A stretch of DNA of 63,379 nt from contig JBBAUX010000001.1 in the NCBI GenBank assembly GCA_040398005.1, forward strand, positions 163,490-226,868, in the 5' to 3' direction. Shown here piece after piece: positions 30,195 to 38,749 of the stretch. Each line of letters opens with the position of its first letter. Positions within the stretch are counted from its first letter, which is position 1. This DNA comes from Opitutales bacterium. Its GTDB lineage: Bacteria > Verrucomicrobiota > Verrucomicrobiia > Opitutales > UBA953. The notes beneath the pieces were generated by a model, which had not been told where the DNA came from, did not search any database, and worked only from the letters and a program-made list of their open reading frames with translations. The position numbers and the translations under genes are program-made.

Positions 30195-30979
30195 TCTCGA
30201 AGTGCGGAAATGACCGCATCGCGAATCGCTTCGGCGGTAGGTGCACTCGCCACCGCGGCCAGAGGAATACCCGAACGCTTCATTGCGTCGGCTGTGGTGG
30301 GTCCGATGGCAACTGCTTTGGGTTGTTTAGCTCCTGACTCCGGACGCAGTGAGGCGGCTTGGTGAATAAAGGACTCTACGGCTGAAGGGCTGGCGAAAAC
30401 AATGATGTCGGCACCGCGACGGCGAAACTCTGCGGCTTCAGGCGACTCGGTGACGGGTCTTTCTTCGGTCGCATACACTTTGAGTACATCGACAATCGCC
30501 ATCGCCTGGTCGAGTAGGAGCGAAGCGAGTTCGGGTGAACTTAAATTTCCCGTCGCCATTAAAATTTTCTGATTTTCCATATCATGCGAATCCATCATCT
30601 TTTTGCCTAAAGAAAGCCCATCGGCCTGTGTTGAGGTGATGTCGGGTTCTAAATGCAAAGCTCTCACTGCTTTTTCTGTAGCGGGTCCGACGCAGGCAAT
30701 TTTTACTCCTCCGATGGAGCGGATATCCGCGAAGCGTTCGAAGAAGCGATTAAAAAAACCGCGGACGCCATTGGGACTGGTAAAAACAAGCCAATCATAT
30801 TCACCCATACCATCTAAGACTTCCGTTAAAACCATGGCATCGGGTTCGAAAGAAATTTCAATCAAAGGAAGTTCAGCGACCGAGGCGCCTGATTCCATTA
30901 ATAATTCTTTCCAGTCCGCACCGCGTCCTTCGGGGCGTGTTAGGACGATGTGACGATCTCTTAAAGGGAGTTTAGACAT
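30191..30979 (-). CDS. hemD: Uroporphyrinogen-III synthase
   Basis: IVLTRP, FTSPNGV, VGPATE, FASPSAV, IGPTTA; follows hemC. Confidence 0.9.
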   Translation of the reverse strand: MSKLPLRDRHIVLTRPEGRGADWKELLMESGASVAELPLIEISFEPDAMVLTEVLDGMGEYDWLVFTSPNGVRGFFNRFFERFADIRSIGGVKIACVGPATEKAVRALHLEPDITSTQADGLSLGKKMMDSHDMENQKILMATGNLSSPELASLLLDQAMAIVDVLKVYATEERPVTESPEAAEFRRRGADIIVFASPSAVESFIHQAASLRPESGAKQPKAVAIGPTTADAMKRSGIPLAAVASAPTAEAIRDAVISALRE

Positions 30980-30981
30980 GA

Positions 30982-31836
30982 TTAACGGTTCAGTAATTGA
31001 GCTAAGATTAAATCTGCTTGTGATGAAGCCATCGTCAAATCCGATGCAATGAAAGGATAGGCGCGATATCCGAAATCGTTCCTATAGAGGTAGATTTTAT
31101 CGGCATGATGATAACAAGCAAAGGCGGTGTGACAGCCTTCTCCGAGTTTGCTGAGGAAGAGTCGCTCAATGGCGACGGAAAAACTCGTAGTGGCGCAACC
31201 TACGGTTTGGTAGCGTGCAGCATCGGTGGTGCGACATTGAATCGCCACCGCACCTTGTCCGGCTGCTGGTACCATTTTAGCAATCTCTACAGGTTCAAAA
31301 ACTAAACCGTCCCAACTTTCTATACCGAGACGGCTGAGTCCGGCGGCAGCTAAGTAAGTAGCTTCGGCTTCACCTTGGACGATTTTCTTAAGTCGGGTGT
31401 CCACATTGCCACGTAGTTCTGTCCAAGTGGCTTGGGGAAAAATATGAGCACCTTGGGCGCGACGGCGCGGACTGCCCGTTGCGATTTTGTGCGGTGATTG
31501 AATTTGTGTTTGGCGAACGAGCACATCGCGTGGATCGCGACGAGGTAAGCAGGCCGCAATCGTCAGACCCGCCGGCATTTCAGTAGGCAGATCTTTCGCA
31601 CTATGAATCGCCACGTCGGCTTCACCCTTTTGGAGGGCCTGTTCTAATTCAGCGGTAAAAAGACCTTTGCCTCCTTGTTTTTCTAATGACCAGGCCGCTT
31701 GTTGATCGCCCGTCGTGGTTAAGATTTTAATTTCCGTTTTTATCTGTAAAGATTTTTCTAAATGTTGTGCCGCATCCCTAGCTTGTTGAAGGGCTAGTGG
31801 ACTACCTCGAGTGACAATGATAAGAGGCGAGGGCAT
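30982..31836 (-). CDS. hemC: Hydroxymethylbilane synthase (porphobilinogen deaminase)
   Basis: TRGSPLA, GKGLFTAELE, HSAKDLP, GSPRR, RGNVDTRL, PAAGQGA, GCH. Confidence 0.94.
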   Translation of the reverse strand: MPSPLIIVTRGSPLALQQARDAAQHLEKSLQIKTEIKILTTTGDQQAAWSLEKQGGKGLFTAELEQALQKGEADVAIHSAKDLPTEMPAGLTIAACLPRRDPRDVLVRQTQIQSPHKIATGSPRRRAQGAHIFPQATWTELRGNVDTRLKKIVQGEAEATYLAAAGLSRLGIESWDGLVFEPVEIAKMVPAAGQGAVAIQCRTTDAARYQTVGCATTSFSVAIERLFLSKLGEGCHTAFACYHHADKIYLYRNDFGYRAYPFIASDLTMASSQADLILAQLLNR

Positions 31837-31842
31837 TGTTGA

Positions 31843-32175
31843 TTAAGCAGCTTTAATTAATAACATGACAACCCAACTCAAGGGCACGAGTAAATTGGAG
31901 GCTATCAGAACGATGCTCGTTACTCGGAAAAAATTCCAACCGCGTCCGTAGAGTGCCATGTAGGCACAGATGGCGCCCGCGAGAGCGGTAGGAATGCCAA
32001 TCAGGGTACCGACGATTAAATCACGTCCGAAAGGATCGCTTGCGATTCCTAAGTAAACGCGACCGCCTTTATAAGTCATCATGATGGAAGAGACCAAGGC
32101 TACCACAGCCATGAAAATCGCGAACAATTGGATGAGGCGATGGCCAGGAATTTCTTCTTCTGTTTGTTTGTCCAC
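31843..32175 (-). CDS. Hypothetical membrane protein (3 TM)
   Basis: Three hydrophobic segments, fills the gap co-oriented with hemC. Start is GTG 32175 or TTG 32223. Confidence 0.6.
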   Translation of the reverse strand: MDKQTEEEIPGHRLIQLFAIFMAVVALVSSIMMTYKGGRVYLGIASDPFGRDLIVGTLIGIPTALAGAICAYMALYGRGWNFFRVTSIVLIASNLLVPLSWVVMLLIKAA

Positions 32176-32267
32176 ACAACTATCCAAGCCCCTCTGGTTG
32201 AGACTTCCAAGTTTCAACTTCAATTCCCGACCACTTTTAAGCGACTTAAGCGACTTTACTGAGCCAA

Positions 32268-34094
32268 TTAATGGCCCATGCCTTCTTGTTCTTTAATGTA
32301 CTCTTGTTTAAGTCCCAGTGCTTCGGGGGCGTGTAGAACAAGCATTTTCATACGAATGTCGCCCGGAATCTGACGTGCGGTTAATTTCGAAACTACAATC
32401 ATGAGTGTAATCGAAAGAGGCACGGCCCAGATAGCGGGTTGTTCGCAAAGAATACGGACGAGGGGGTGAGCGACCCAATAATCGGCAATCGATTTAGAAA
32501 TTAAATGATCAGCCCAATACGCTGCACGTTCGGCTTCGGGTAATTTCTTGGCGGCAGCGTTGGCGACATCGGAAATCGAAGTGAGGGAAATTGCAACGAG
32601 AGCGGAGAGTCCGCCGACTAACATTCCAGTGGCTGCGCCTTTCATCGTCATACCGCGCCACCACACACTCATAAATAAAAGTGGGAAGTAACTGGCTGCA
32701 GCGATGGCGAAAGCTTGTCCGACCATGAAATTAATTTCAAGAGCTTCGACTTGTGTACCGAGTCCGATGGCTACGGCACCAATAATAACCGCAGCCCATT
32801 TAAAAGCGGTGAGGCGTTGCTCAGGCGTGGAACTTGGTTTTAACATTCTTCCGTAAACATCGTGAGCCAATGCACTGGTCATCGACACGAGTAGTCCGGA
32901 GAAAGTAGACATGAATGCCGCGAAGGCGCCAGCACAGGTAATACCTGAAAGAATCGATCCGAGAAGTGGATAATTTTTTCCGGCAAGCAGGGTAGGTAAT
33001 TCGAGCACTACTTTATCCGTACCTTTAGCACCGACCGCGTCATAAAGTTCAGGCGTCAGTGAACGTCCAATCACCCCGTAAACAGGTGGAAAAACGTAGA
33101 ATACCCCGATCAGAATCATGACCCACATGGTGGTGCGTTTTGCCGCCACGCCATCGGGGTTAGTATAGAAGCGAACTAAGATGTGTGGGAGACCCGCGGT
33201 ACCACATACCAAGGCGATGATTAACGAATACGTGTAGAGAAGTGAGTAAGGTTTCTTGTTCGCTTCGATGGTGGCCTTGGCTTCAGGTGTGGGAGCTGCC
33301 GCAATCGATGCATCGACAGCTTTAGTGGTGAGTTTGCCAAACGGCGCGATCCACTGTTCGTCTTTCGGCGCTTTCGCTGGCAAAACTTTTCGTTCTACCT
33401 GCGAAGCATTGGGCGCGACCGATTCAAAAGCAGTTTTATTAGCATCAAGGTGATGTTCGTAATGTCCGACGACTGAGGCTAAAATAAATATTGGCAGAGT
33501 GATGGCGAAAACCTTGAGCCAATATTGGAAGGCTTGGACTAACGTGATTCCTTTCATGCCACCGAGTGAAACGTTGAGTGTGATGACTGCACCGACGACC
33601 GCGACACCGACCCAGTAAGGAAGATCTGGGAAAATATAAGACAACGTCGTCCCCGCGCCTTTCATCTGGGGCATCGTGTAAAAGAAACCAATGAAGAGAA
33701 CGAAGCAGACCGCGATTTTTCGGAAGACGGGAGAGTCGTAGCGGCCTTCAGCGAAGTCAGGAATGGTGTAAGCACCGAAGCGACGAAGCGGACCCGCGAT
33801 AAATAATAATAAAAATAAGTAACCGCAGGCGTAACAAACCGGGTACCACAGCGCATCATAGCCCGTGGCCATGACCATGCCCGCTACGCCCATGAAGGAA
33901 GCGGCGGAAAGGTATTCGCCTGAGATGGCTGAGGCATTCCAACCGACGGAGACGGAGCGACCGGCGACAAAGAAGTCGCCCGCGTTCTTGGATTTACCGG
34001 CGGACCAAAAACCCATACCGACGGTGATGGCGACGGTGATGAGCGAGCAGACGGCAATCCACGGATCTACTTGGGAAACTTCGGCGAGGATCAT
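32268..34094 (-). CDS. actP: Cation/acetate symporter (SSS family, ActP-like)
   Basis: NASAISGEYLSAASFMG, GTAGLPHILVRFYT, AFAIAAASYFP; paired with a DUF485 gene. Confidence 0.88.
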   Translation of the reverse strand: MILAEVSQVDPWIAVCSLITVAITVGMGFWSAGKSKNAGDFFVAGRSVSVGWNASAISGEYLSAASFMGVAGMVMATGYDALWYPVCYACGYLFLLLFIAGPLRRFGAYTIPDFAEGRYDSPVFRKIAVCFVLFIGFFYTMPQMKGAGTTLSYIFPDLPYWVGVAVVGAVITLNVSLGGMKGITLVQAFQYWLKVFAITLPIFILASVVGHYEHHLDANKTAFESVAPNASQVERKVLPAKAPKDEQWIAPFGKLTTKAVDASIAAAPTPEAKATIEANKKPYSLLYTYSLIIALVCGTAGLPHILVRFYTNPDGVAAKRTTMWVMILIGVFYVFPPVYGVIGRSLTPELYDAVGAKGTDKVVLELPTLLAGKNYPLLGSILSGITCAGAFAAFMSTFSGLLVSMTSALAHDVYGRMLKPSSTPEQRLTAFKWAAVIIGAVAIGLGTQVEALEINFMVGQAFAIAAASYFPLLFMSVWWRGMTMKGAATGMLVGGLSALVAISLTSISDVANAAAKKLPEAERAAYWADHLISKSIADYWVAHPLVRILCEQPAIWAVPLSITLMIVVSKLTARQIPGDIRMKMLVLHAPEALGLKQEYIKEQEGMGH

Positions 34095-34097
34095 GAC

Positions 34098-34394
34098 TTA
34101 TTTCTTTTGGCTGTCCTTCGCAGCCGCGGCTTCAGCATTTTCTAAAGCGATAGATTTTTTGATGAAGCAGAAGGAGATGATCCAAACGAAGGGAAAGAAG
34201 AGTACTCCGAGAATAAGCCAAGTGAGTGTGAATCCGGCCACACGTTGCGCCATCCACTCAGGTTGAAAATAATTTAGGAGGGGAAGGGCGATTAACGCGG
34301 TGACGAAAAATAGGGCACAGGTAATCGACAGCTTTAATTGGTCTCGCATTAAACGAGCCAAAAAGCCGTCCGTGTGTATGGGGTCGGAGCTCAT
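34098..34394 (-). CDS. DUF485 small membrane partner of ActP
   Basis: Two-TM 98-aa protein immediately upstream of actP, the classic yjcH-actP arrangement. Confidence 0.75.
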   Translation of the reverse strand: MSSDPIHTDGFLARLMRDQLKLSITCALFFVTALIALPLLNYFQPEWMAQRVAGFTLTWLILGVLFFPFVWIISFCFIKKSIALENAEAAAAKDSQKK

Positions 34395-34468
34395 GGGGGT
34401 ATGTCTAAAACACCCTTTTTTAGACTCCCTGCAACATTTACATTTTAAGGTCTACAATATCGGAAAAT

Positions 34469-34495
34469 AAAAAGGGCCGACAACGTCGGCCCTTT
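34469..34495 (-). terminator. Rho-independent terminator after ilvC
   Basis: AAAAA-GGGCCGAC-AAC-GTCGGCCC-TTT. Confidence 0.85.
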
Positions 34496-34514
34496 AGAAG
34501 GAAACTAACCAAGA

Positions 34515-35552
34515 TTACTTGGTAGTATACTCGGCTTGAGCGCCACGGATGTTGCGCTTTTGAACCCAAGGCATGAGCGCACGGAGACGTTGTCCGGTCT
34601 TTTCGATATCATGATTTTCGCCCTGCTTCAGGAGCTTATTGTAATTCTTTAAGCCACCCTTGTATTCATTCACCCACTGCTTGGTGAAGGTACCATTTTG
34701 GATTTCTTTGAGAATTTCTTCCATCGCCTTACGGGATCCTTTGTTGATCACGCGAGGTCCGCGGGTGATGTCACCATACTTGGCGGTTTCGGAAATCGAG
34801 AAGCGCATACCGGAGATGCCGGATTCAACCATGAGGTCGACGATGAGTTTTAATTCGTGTAAGCATTCGAAGTAAGCCATCTCAGGTTGATAACCTGCAT
34901 TGACCAGAGTTTCGTAGCCCACTTTAACGAGTTCAGCAGCACCCCCGCAAAGGACGGCTTGTTCGCCGAATAAGTCGGTTTCGGTTTCTTCTTTGAAAGA
35001 GGTTTTAATAACCCCAGCGCGGGTTGAACCAATACCTTTAGCCCAAGCGAGGGCAGTCTTGGAAGCTTTACCTGAAATATCTTGTTCAACGGCGATGAGC
35101 GCAGGAACGCCTTTACCTTCGACGTACTGAGCGCGAACCACGTGGCCAGGACCCTTAGGAGCGACCATCGCGATATCTACATTCTTCGCAGGCTTGATGA
35201 GCTTGTAGTGAATGGAAAGACCGTGGATGAAGAGAACAGTCTTACCACCTTTACCTAAATTAGGGGCGATATCTTTTTCCCAGACAGACGCTTGTTTCAT
35301 GTCGGGAATGCCCACGAGCATGACGTCAGCACGACGAACAGCTTCAGCAGTCTCATAGACTTTGAAGCCTTTTTTCTTCGCAGCAGCAGCGGATTTGGAT
35401 CCCTTATAGAGACCGACAATCACGTTGAGTCCGCTATCGCGAAGATTCATCGCGTGGGAATGGCCTTGTGAGCCAAAGCCAAGCACGGCGAGGGTTTTGT
35501 TTTTTAGGAAACCAAGATCGGCGTCCTTATCGGTGTACACTTTTGCAGGCAT
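34515..35552 (-). CDS. ilvC: Ketol-acid reductoisomerase
   Basis: GFGSQGHSHAMNLRDSG, APKGPGH, ETETDLFGEQAVLCGG, AYFECLHE. Confidence 0.97.
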   Translation of the reverse strand: MPAKVYTDKDADLGFLKNKTLAVLGFGSQGHSHAMNLRDSGLNVIVGLYKGSKSAAAAKKKGFKVYETAEAVRRADVMLVGIPDMKQASVWEKDIAPNLGKGGKTVLFIHGLSIHYKLIKPAKNVDIAMVAPKGPGHVVRAQYVEGKGVPALIAVEQDISGKASKTALAWAKGIGSTRAGVIKTSFKEETETDLFGEQAVLCGGAAELVKVGYETLVNAGYQPEMAYFECLHELKLIVDLMVESGISGMRFSISETAKYGDITRGPRVINKGSRKAMEEILKEIQNGTFTKQWVNEYKGGLKNYNKLLKQGENHDIEKTGQRLRALMPWVQKRNIRGAQAEYTTK

Positions 35553-35569
35553 GGTAGGGATAGAAAAAA

Positions 35570-36082
35570 TTAAGAGATCTTCTTTTTAGAACCACGCGAG
35601 AGGGCAACGGCACCTGTGCGAGCGGTTTCTAAAATTCCGAAAGGTTGGATTAAATCAAGGAATGCAGTGATTTTCGTGACGTTACCGGTGAACTCAATCA
35701 CCAGAGAATCATGTGAAACATCGACCACTTTCGCGCGGAATAAGCCGGCGATTTCTAAAATTTCAGTACGTGTTTTTTTATCACACTTCACTTTGCACAA
35801 AATGAGTTCACGCGCGACGTGATCGACATCTTCGCGAGAAAAATCAATAACCGAGATAACGTTAATCAGTTTATCGAGGGCTTTAACACAACGATCCAAG
35901 GCAGCGTCATCAGCAACAACCGTCGCGGTGATACGTGAGTAAGCAGGGTCGTGCGTAGGACCGACGTTTAAGGTTTCGATATTGAAACCGCGACCGGAGA
36001 GCATTCCAGCGACGCGAGCCAAGACACCGAACTTGTTTTCAACGAGGGCGGAGAGGGTGTGCTTCTTCTTGGCGTCAGTCAT
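35570..36082 (-). CDS. ilvN: Acetolactate synthase small (regulatory) subunit
   Basis: HTLSALVENKFGVLARVAG..SGRGFNIETL, RELIL.KV, ETARTGAVALSRG. Confidence 0.95.
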   Translation of the reverse strand: MTDAKKKHTLSALVENKFGVLARVAGMLSGRGFNIETLNVGPTHDPAYSRITATVVADDAALDRCVKALDKLINVISVIDFSREDVDHVARELILCKVKCDKKTRTEILEIAGLFRAKVVDVSHDSLVIEFTGNVTKITAFLDLIQPFGILETARTGAVALSRGSKKKIS

Positions 36083-36093
36083 AGGTGTGTATT

Positions 36094-36174
<81 letters not shown>

Positions 36175-36274
36175 AGAGGAAGGTTTGGTATAGGGAATCC
36201 CCCCGCCTTTTGTCCACAATGAAAACTACCTGCTAGGCTTGCCCCATCCTAAATTAAGTACTAACCTGCAAATA

Positions 36275-36508
36275 ATGGACCCAGAACGCACAAAGCGTAT
36301 CATTTTAGCCCTCGAATCTTTAACCTCCCCCAAGGCCGCTAAAGACGATATTTTACAGGCTCTTAAGGCATTAGACGCTGAAATTAGTTCGCCTGATTCG
36401 GGTCTGCCAGCCGACCTCGACCATTATCTGCGCCGTCGATCCTACGAAAAAGCACTTATTTCTCTCCAAGGCGGTAAACCTGGCGCCGGTACCTGCGGAC
36501 GCGGCTGA
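36275..36508 (+). CDS. Small conserved-looking hypothetical protein
   Basis: 77 aa from ATG 36275 containing LPADLDHYLRRRSYEKA. Its TGA overlaps the next ATG (TGATG). Confidence 0.65.
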   Translation: MDPERTKRIILALESLTSPKAAKDDILQALKALDAEISSPDSGLPADLDHYLRRRSYEKALISLQGGKPGAGTCGRG

Positions 36509-36843
36509 TGAGCGATAACCCATTTGATTCTTTGCCCTCGGAGGGTCTGCCCCCAGGTCCACCGGCTAAACCAGTTGCACCAGTCGAGCCCGCAAAACCT
36601 AAACGCGGAAAACTTATTTTACAATATGAGCGAGCAGGCCGTGGCGGAAAAGAGGTCACCCTCATCAAAGGTCTCTGGATTGAATCTCAAGAAATGCGCG
36701 TTCGTGATGCTCTCTTAAAAGAATTAAAAAAGGCCTTAGGCACGGGCGGTGCATTAGAGGCCCGTGAAATAGTTTTGCAGGGTGATCGACGTGAAACCGC
36801 GAAAGCTTGGCTCGTTAAGCAGGGCTATACGACAAATCTTTAA
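36508..36843 (+). CDS. SUI1/YciH translation initiation factor family protein
   Basis: ERAGRGGKEVTLIKG, LKKALGTGG, LQGDRR. Confidence 0.88.
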   Translation: MSDNPFDSLPSEGLPPGPPAKPVAPVEPAKPKRGKLILQYERAGRGGKEVTLIKGLWIESQEMRVRDALLKELKKALGTGGALEAREIVLQGDRRETAKAWLVKQGYTTNL

Positions 36844-36892
36844 TCACTAAAACCACTCGCCACATTTAGGTGAGAGGTTTAAACATAGCACT

Positions 36893-38290
36893 GTGCCCGA
36901 CGTCAGACCGAATCTCATCGCCTTCACGGGCGAACATGCCGACACCGTCGAAGTCTTAGAACTTTTGCGGAAGGCAGGGGGTACGCCTTTTATTGTCGGT
37001 GGTTGCGTGCGCGATGCGTTATTGGGCCTGCCGATTAAAGATTTAGATATCGAAGTCTTTGGCATGGGCACGCGCGAAATCGAAAATGCCCTGCGCAAAA
37101 GATTTGGAATCATCACCGTGGGTGCGGCTTTCGGTGTCACGAAATTAAAAGACATGCCGATTGATGTCTCGGTACCTCGTCGGGAAAATCGTACGGGCGC
37201 CCGTCACCAAGATTTTGAAGTGCAAGCGGATCCCACGATGACCCCGAAAGACGCCGCCGAACGTCGCGACTTCACCATCAACGCTATTTCCTGGAATCCA
37301 GCCACGGGAGAAATTATCGACCCGTATAATGGCCTAGCTGATATCAAAGCAAAAGTACTGCGTCATGTTTCTTCTAAATTTAGCGAAGATCCCTTACGTG
37401 TACTTCGTGCCATGCAATTTGCTGCACGACTCCAATTCACGGTCGCTCCGGAAACCGTAAAACTTTGTGCCTCACTTAATCCGTACGACCTCCCTCCAGA
37501 AAGATTATTTGAAGAGTGGAGTAAATTAATTCTTCGAGGAGTGAAACCTTCCTTGGGATTAAATTTCTTACGCGACTGCGGCTGGACTAAATTCTTCCCC
37601 GAATTACACGCCATGATTGGCGTTAATCAGGATCCAATCTGGCACCCCGAAGGTGATGTCTGGGTCCACACGCTCGAGTGTATGGATGTTTTTGCAGCTG
37701 AAAGACTCAATGATCGCGATGAAGACCTCATCGTTGGTCTCGCTGTATTATTGCACGATTTAGGCAAAGCAGTGACCACGAAAGTAGAAGCAGACGGGCG
37801 TATTCATGCCTATGGTCATGAGGCTGAAAGTGTACCCTTGGCGGAAAAGTTTCTGCTACAAATGACGCGCGAAACTAAATTAATGGAATCGATTTTACCT
37901 TTGGTGCGCTGGCACGGTCAACCGTTCGAGTTATGGAAAACTAAATCAGGAGATGCCTCGGTCCGTCGCTTGGCCAAAAAAGTGAATCGTATTGATCGTC
38001 TAATTAGAATCGACTCCGCGGATCGTCAGGGCCGCGGTCCGGCTTCTCGCGGTGTGCCATCTCCTCAAGGTGCATGGTTGCTCGAGCGCTCTCAGGCGCT
38101 GCATGTGGAAGCCTCGGCTCCTAAATCTATTTTAATGGGTCGTCACCTCATCGCCTTGGGTCATCAGCCTTCAGGTCTGTTCACGAAAATTCTCCATGAT
38201 GCGAACGAAGCACAATTGGATGGCGTATTTACCGATGAGTCTTCCGGGCTCATTTGGTTAAAAGAATATTTATCTAAAAATAATTTATAA
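36893..38290 (+). CDS. CCA-adding tRNA nucleotidyltransferase / poly(A) polymerase family with HD domain
   Basis: VGGCVRD..DLDIE, RRDFTINA, EDPLR, HPEGDV..HT, LLHDLGK. Confidence 0.9.
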   Translation: MPDVRPNLIAFTGEHADTVEVLELLRKAGGTPFIVGGCVRDALLGLPIKDLDIEVFGMGTREIENALRKRFGIITVGAAFGVTKLKDMPIDVSVPRRENRTGARHQDFEVQADPTMTPKDAAERRDFTINAISWNPATGEIIDPYNGLADIKAKVLRHVSSKFSEDPLRVLRAMQFAARLQFTVAPETVKLCASLNPYDLPPERLFEEWSKLILRGVKPSLGLNFLRDCGWTKFFPELHAMIGVNQDPIWHPEGDVWVHTLECMDVFAAERLNDRDEDLIVGLAVLLHDLGKAVTTKVEADGRIHAYGHEAESVPLAEKFLLQMTRETKLMESILPLVRWHGQPFELWKTKSGDASVRRLAKKVNRIDRLIRIDSADRQGRGPASRGVPSPQGAWLLERSQALHVEASAPKSILMGRHLIALGHQPSGLFTKILHDANEAQLDGVFTDESSGLIWLKEYLSKNNL

Positions 38291-38749
38291 ATGAGTGCTG
38301 AGTCTGAAAAATGGAATAATCTGATGAAACCTCCCGTCACTTGGACGGAAGTTTTATCTGCGGTTCTCAAAGATTTTGAGTGTGTCACGGGAACCATTCA
38401 CCGCACCGATTCGCAAACCGGTTTATTGGTTTTGGCCGCCCATCAAGGCATTCCGCCCTTTGTTTTAGATAAGATTCACACCATACCTTTTGGGAAGGGG
38501 ATTGCGGGCTGTGCCGCGGAGCGACGCGAGGTGGTGCAACTTTGTAACTTGCAAATTGATGCGACCGGTGTGGCAAAACCTGCGGCCAAGCAAACAAATG
38601 TCCAAGGAGCTTTAGCTATTCCTTTAATCAACTCTGACCACAAAGTCGTCGGTGTTTTAGGAATTGGAAAAATGCAACCTTACGAGTTTTCGGATGAAGA
38701 GATTTCCCGAATCAACATCGTCGGGAATATCATCCAAAAGTATCTTTAA
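38291..38749 (+). CDS. Stand-alone GAF domain protein
   Basis: IPFGKGIAG, AIPL..VVGVLG, FSDEE GAF pattern. Confidence 0.8.
   Translation: MSAESEKWNNLMKPPVTWTEVLSAVLKDFECVTGTIHRTDSQTGLLVLAAHQGIPPFVLDKIHTIPFGKGIAGCAAERREVVQLCNLQIDATGVAKPAAKQTNVQGALAIPLINSDHKVVGVLGIGKMQPYEFSDEEISRINIVGNIIQKYL

Noticed and set aside
38291..38749. Free methionine-R-sulfoxide reductase MsrC
   Set aside because: The GKGVCG cysteine of fRMsr reads GKGIAG here, so it is kept as a generic GAF protein.
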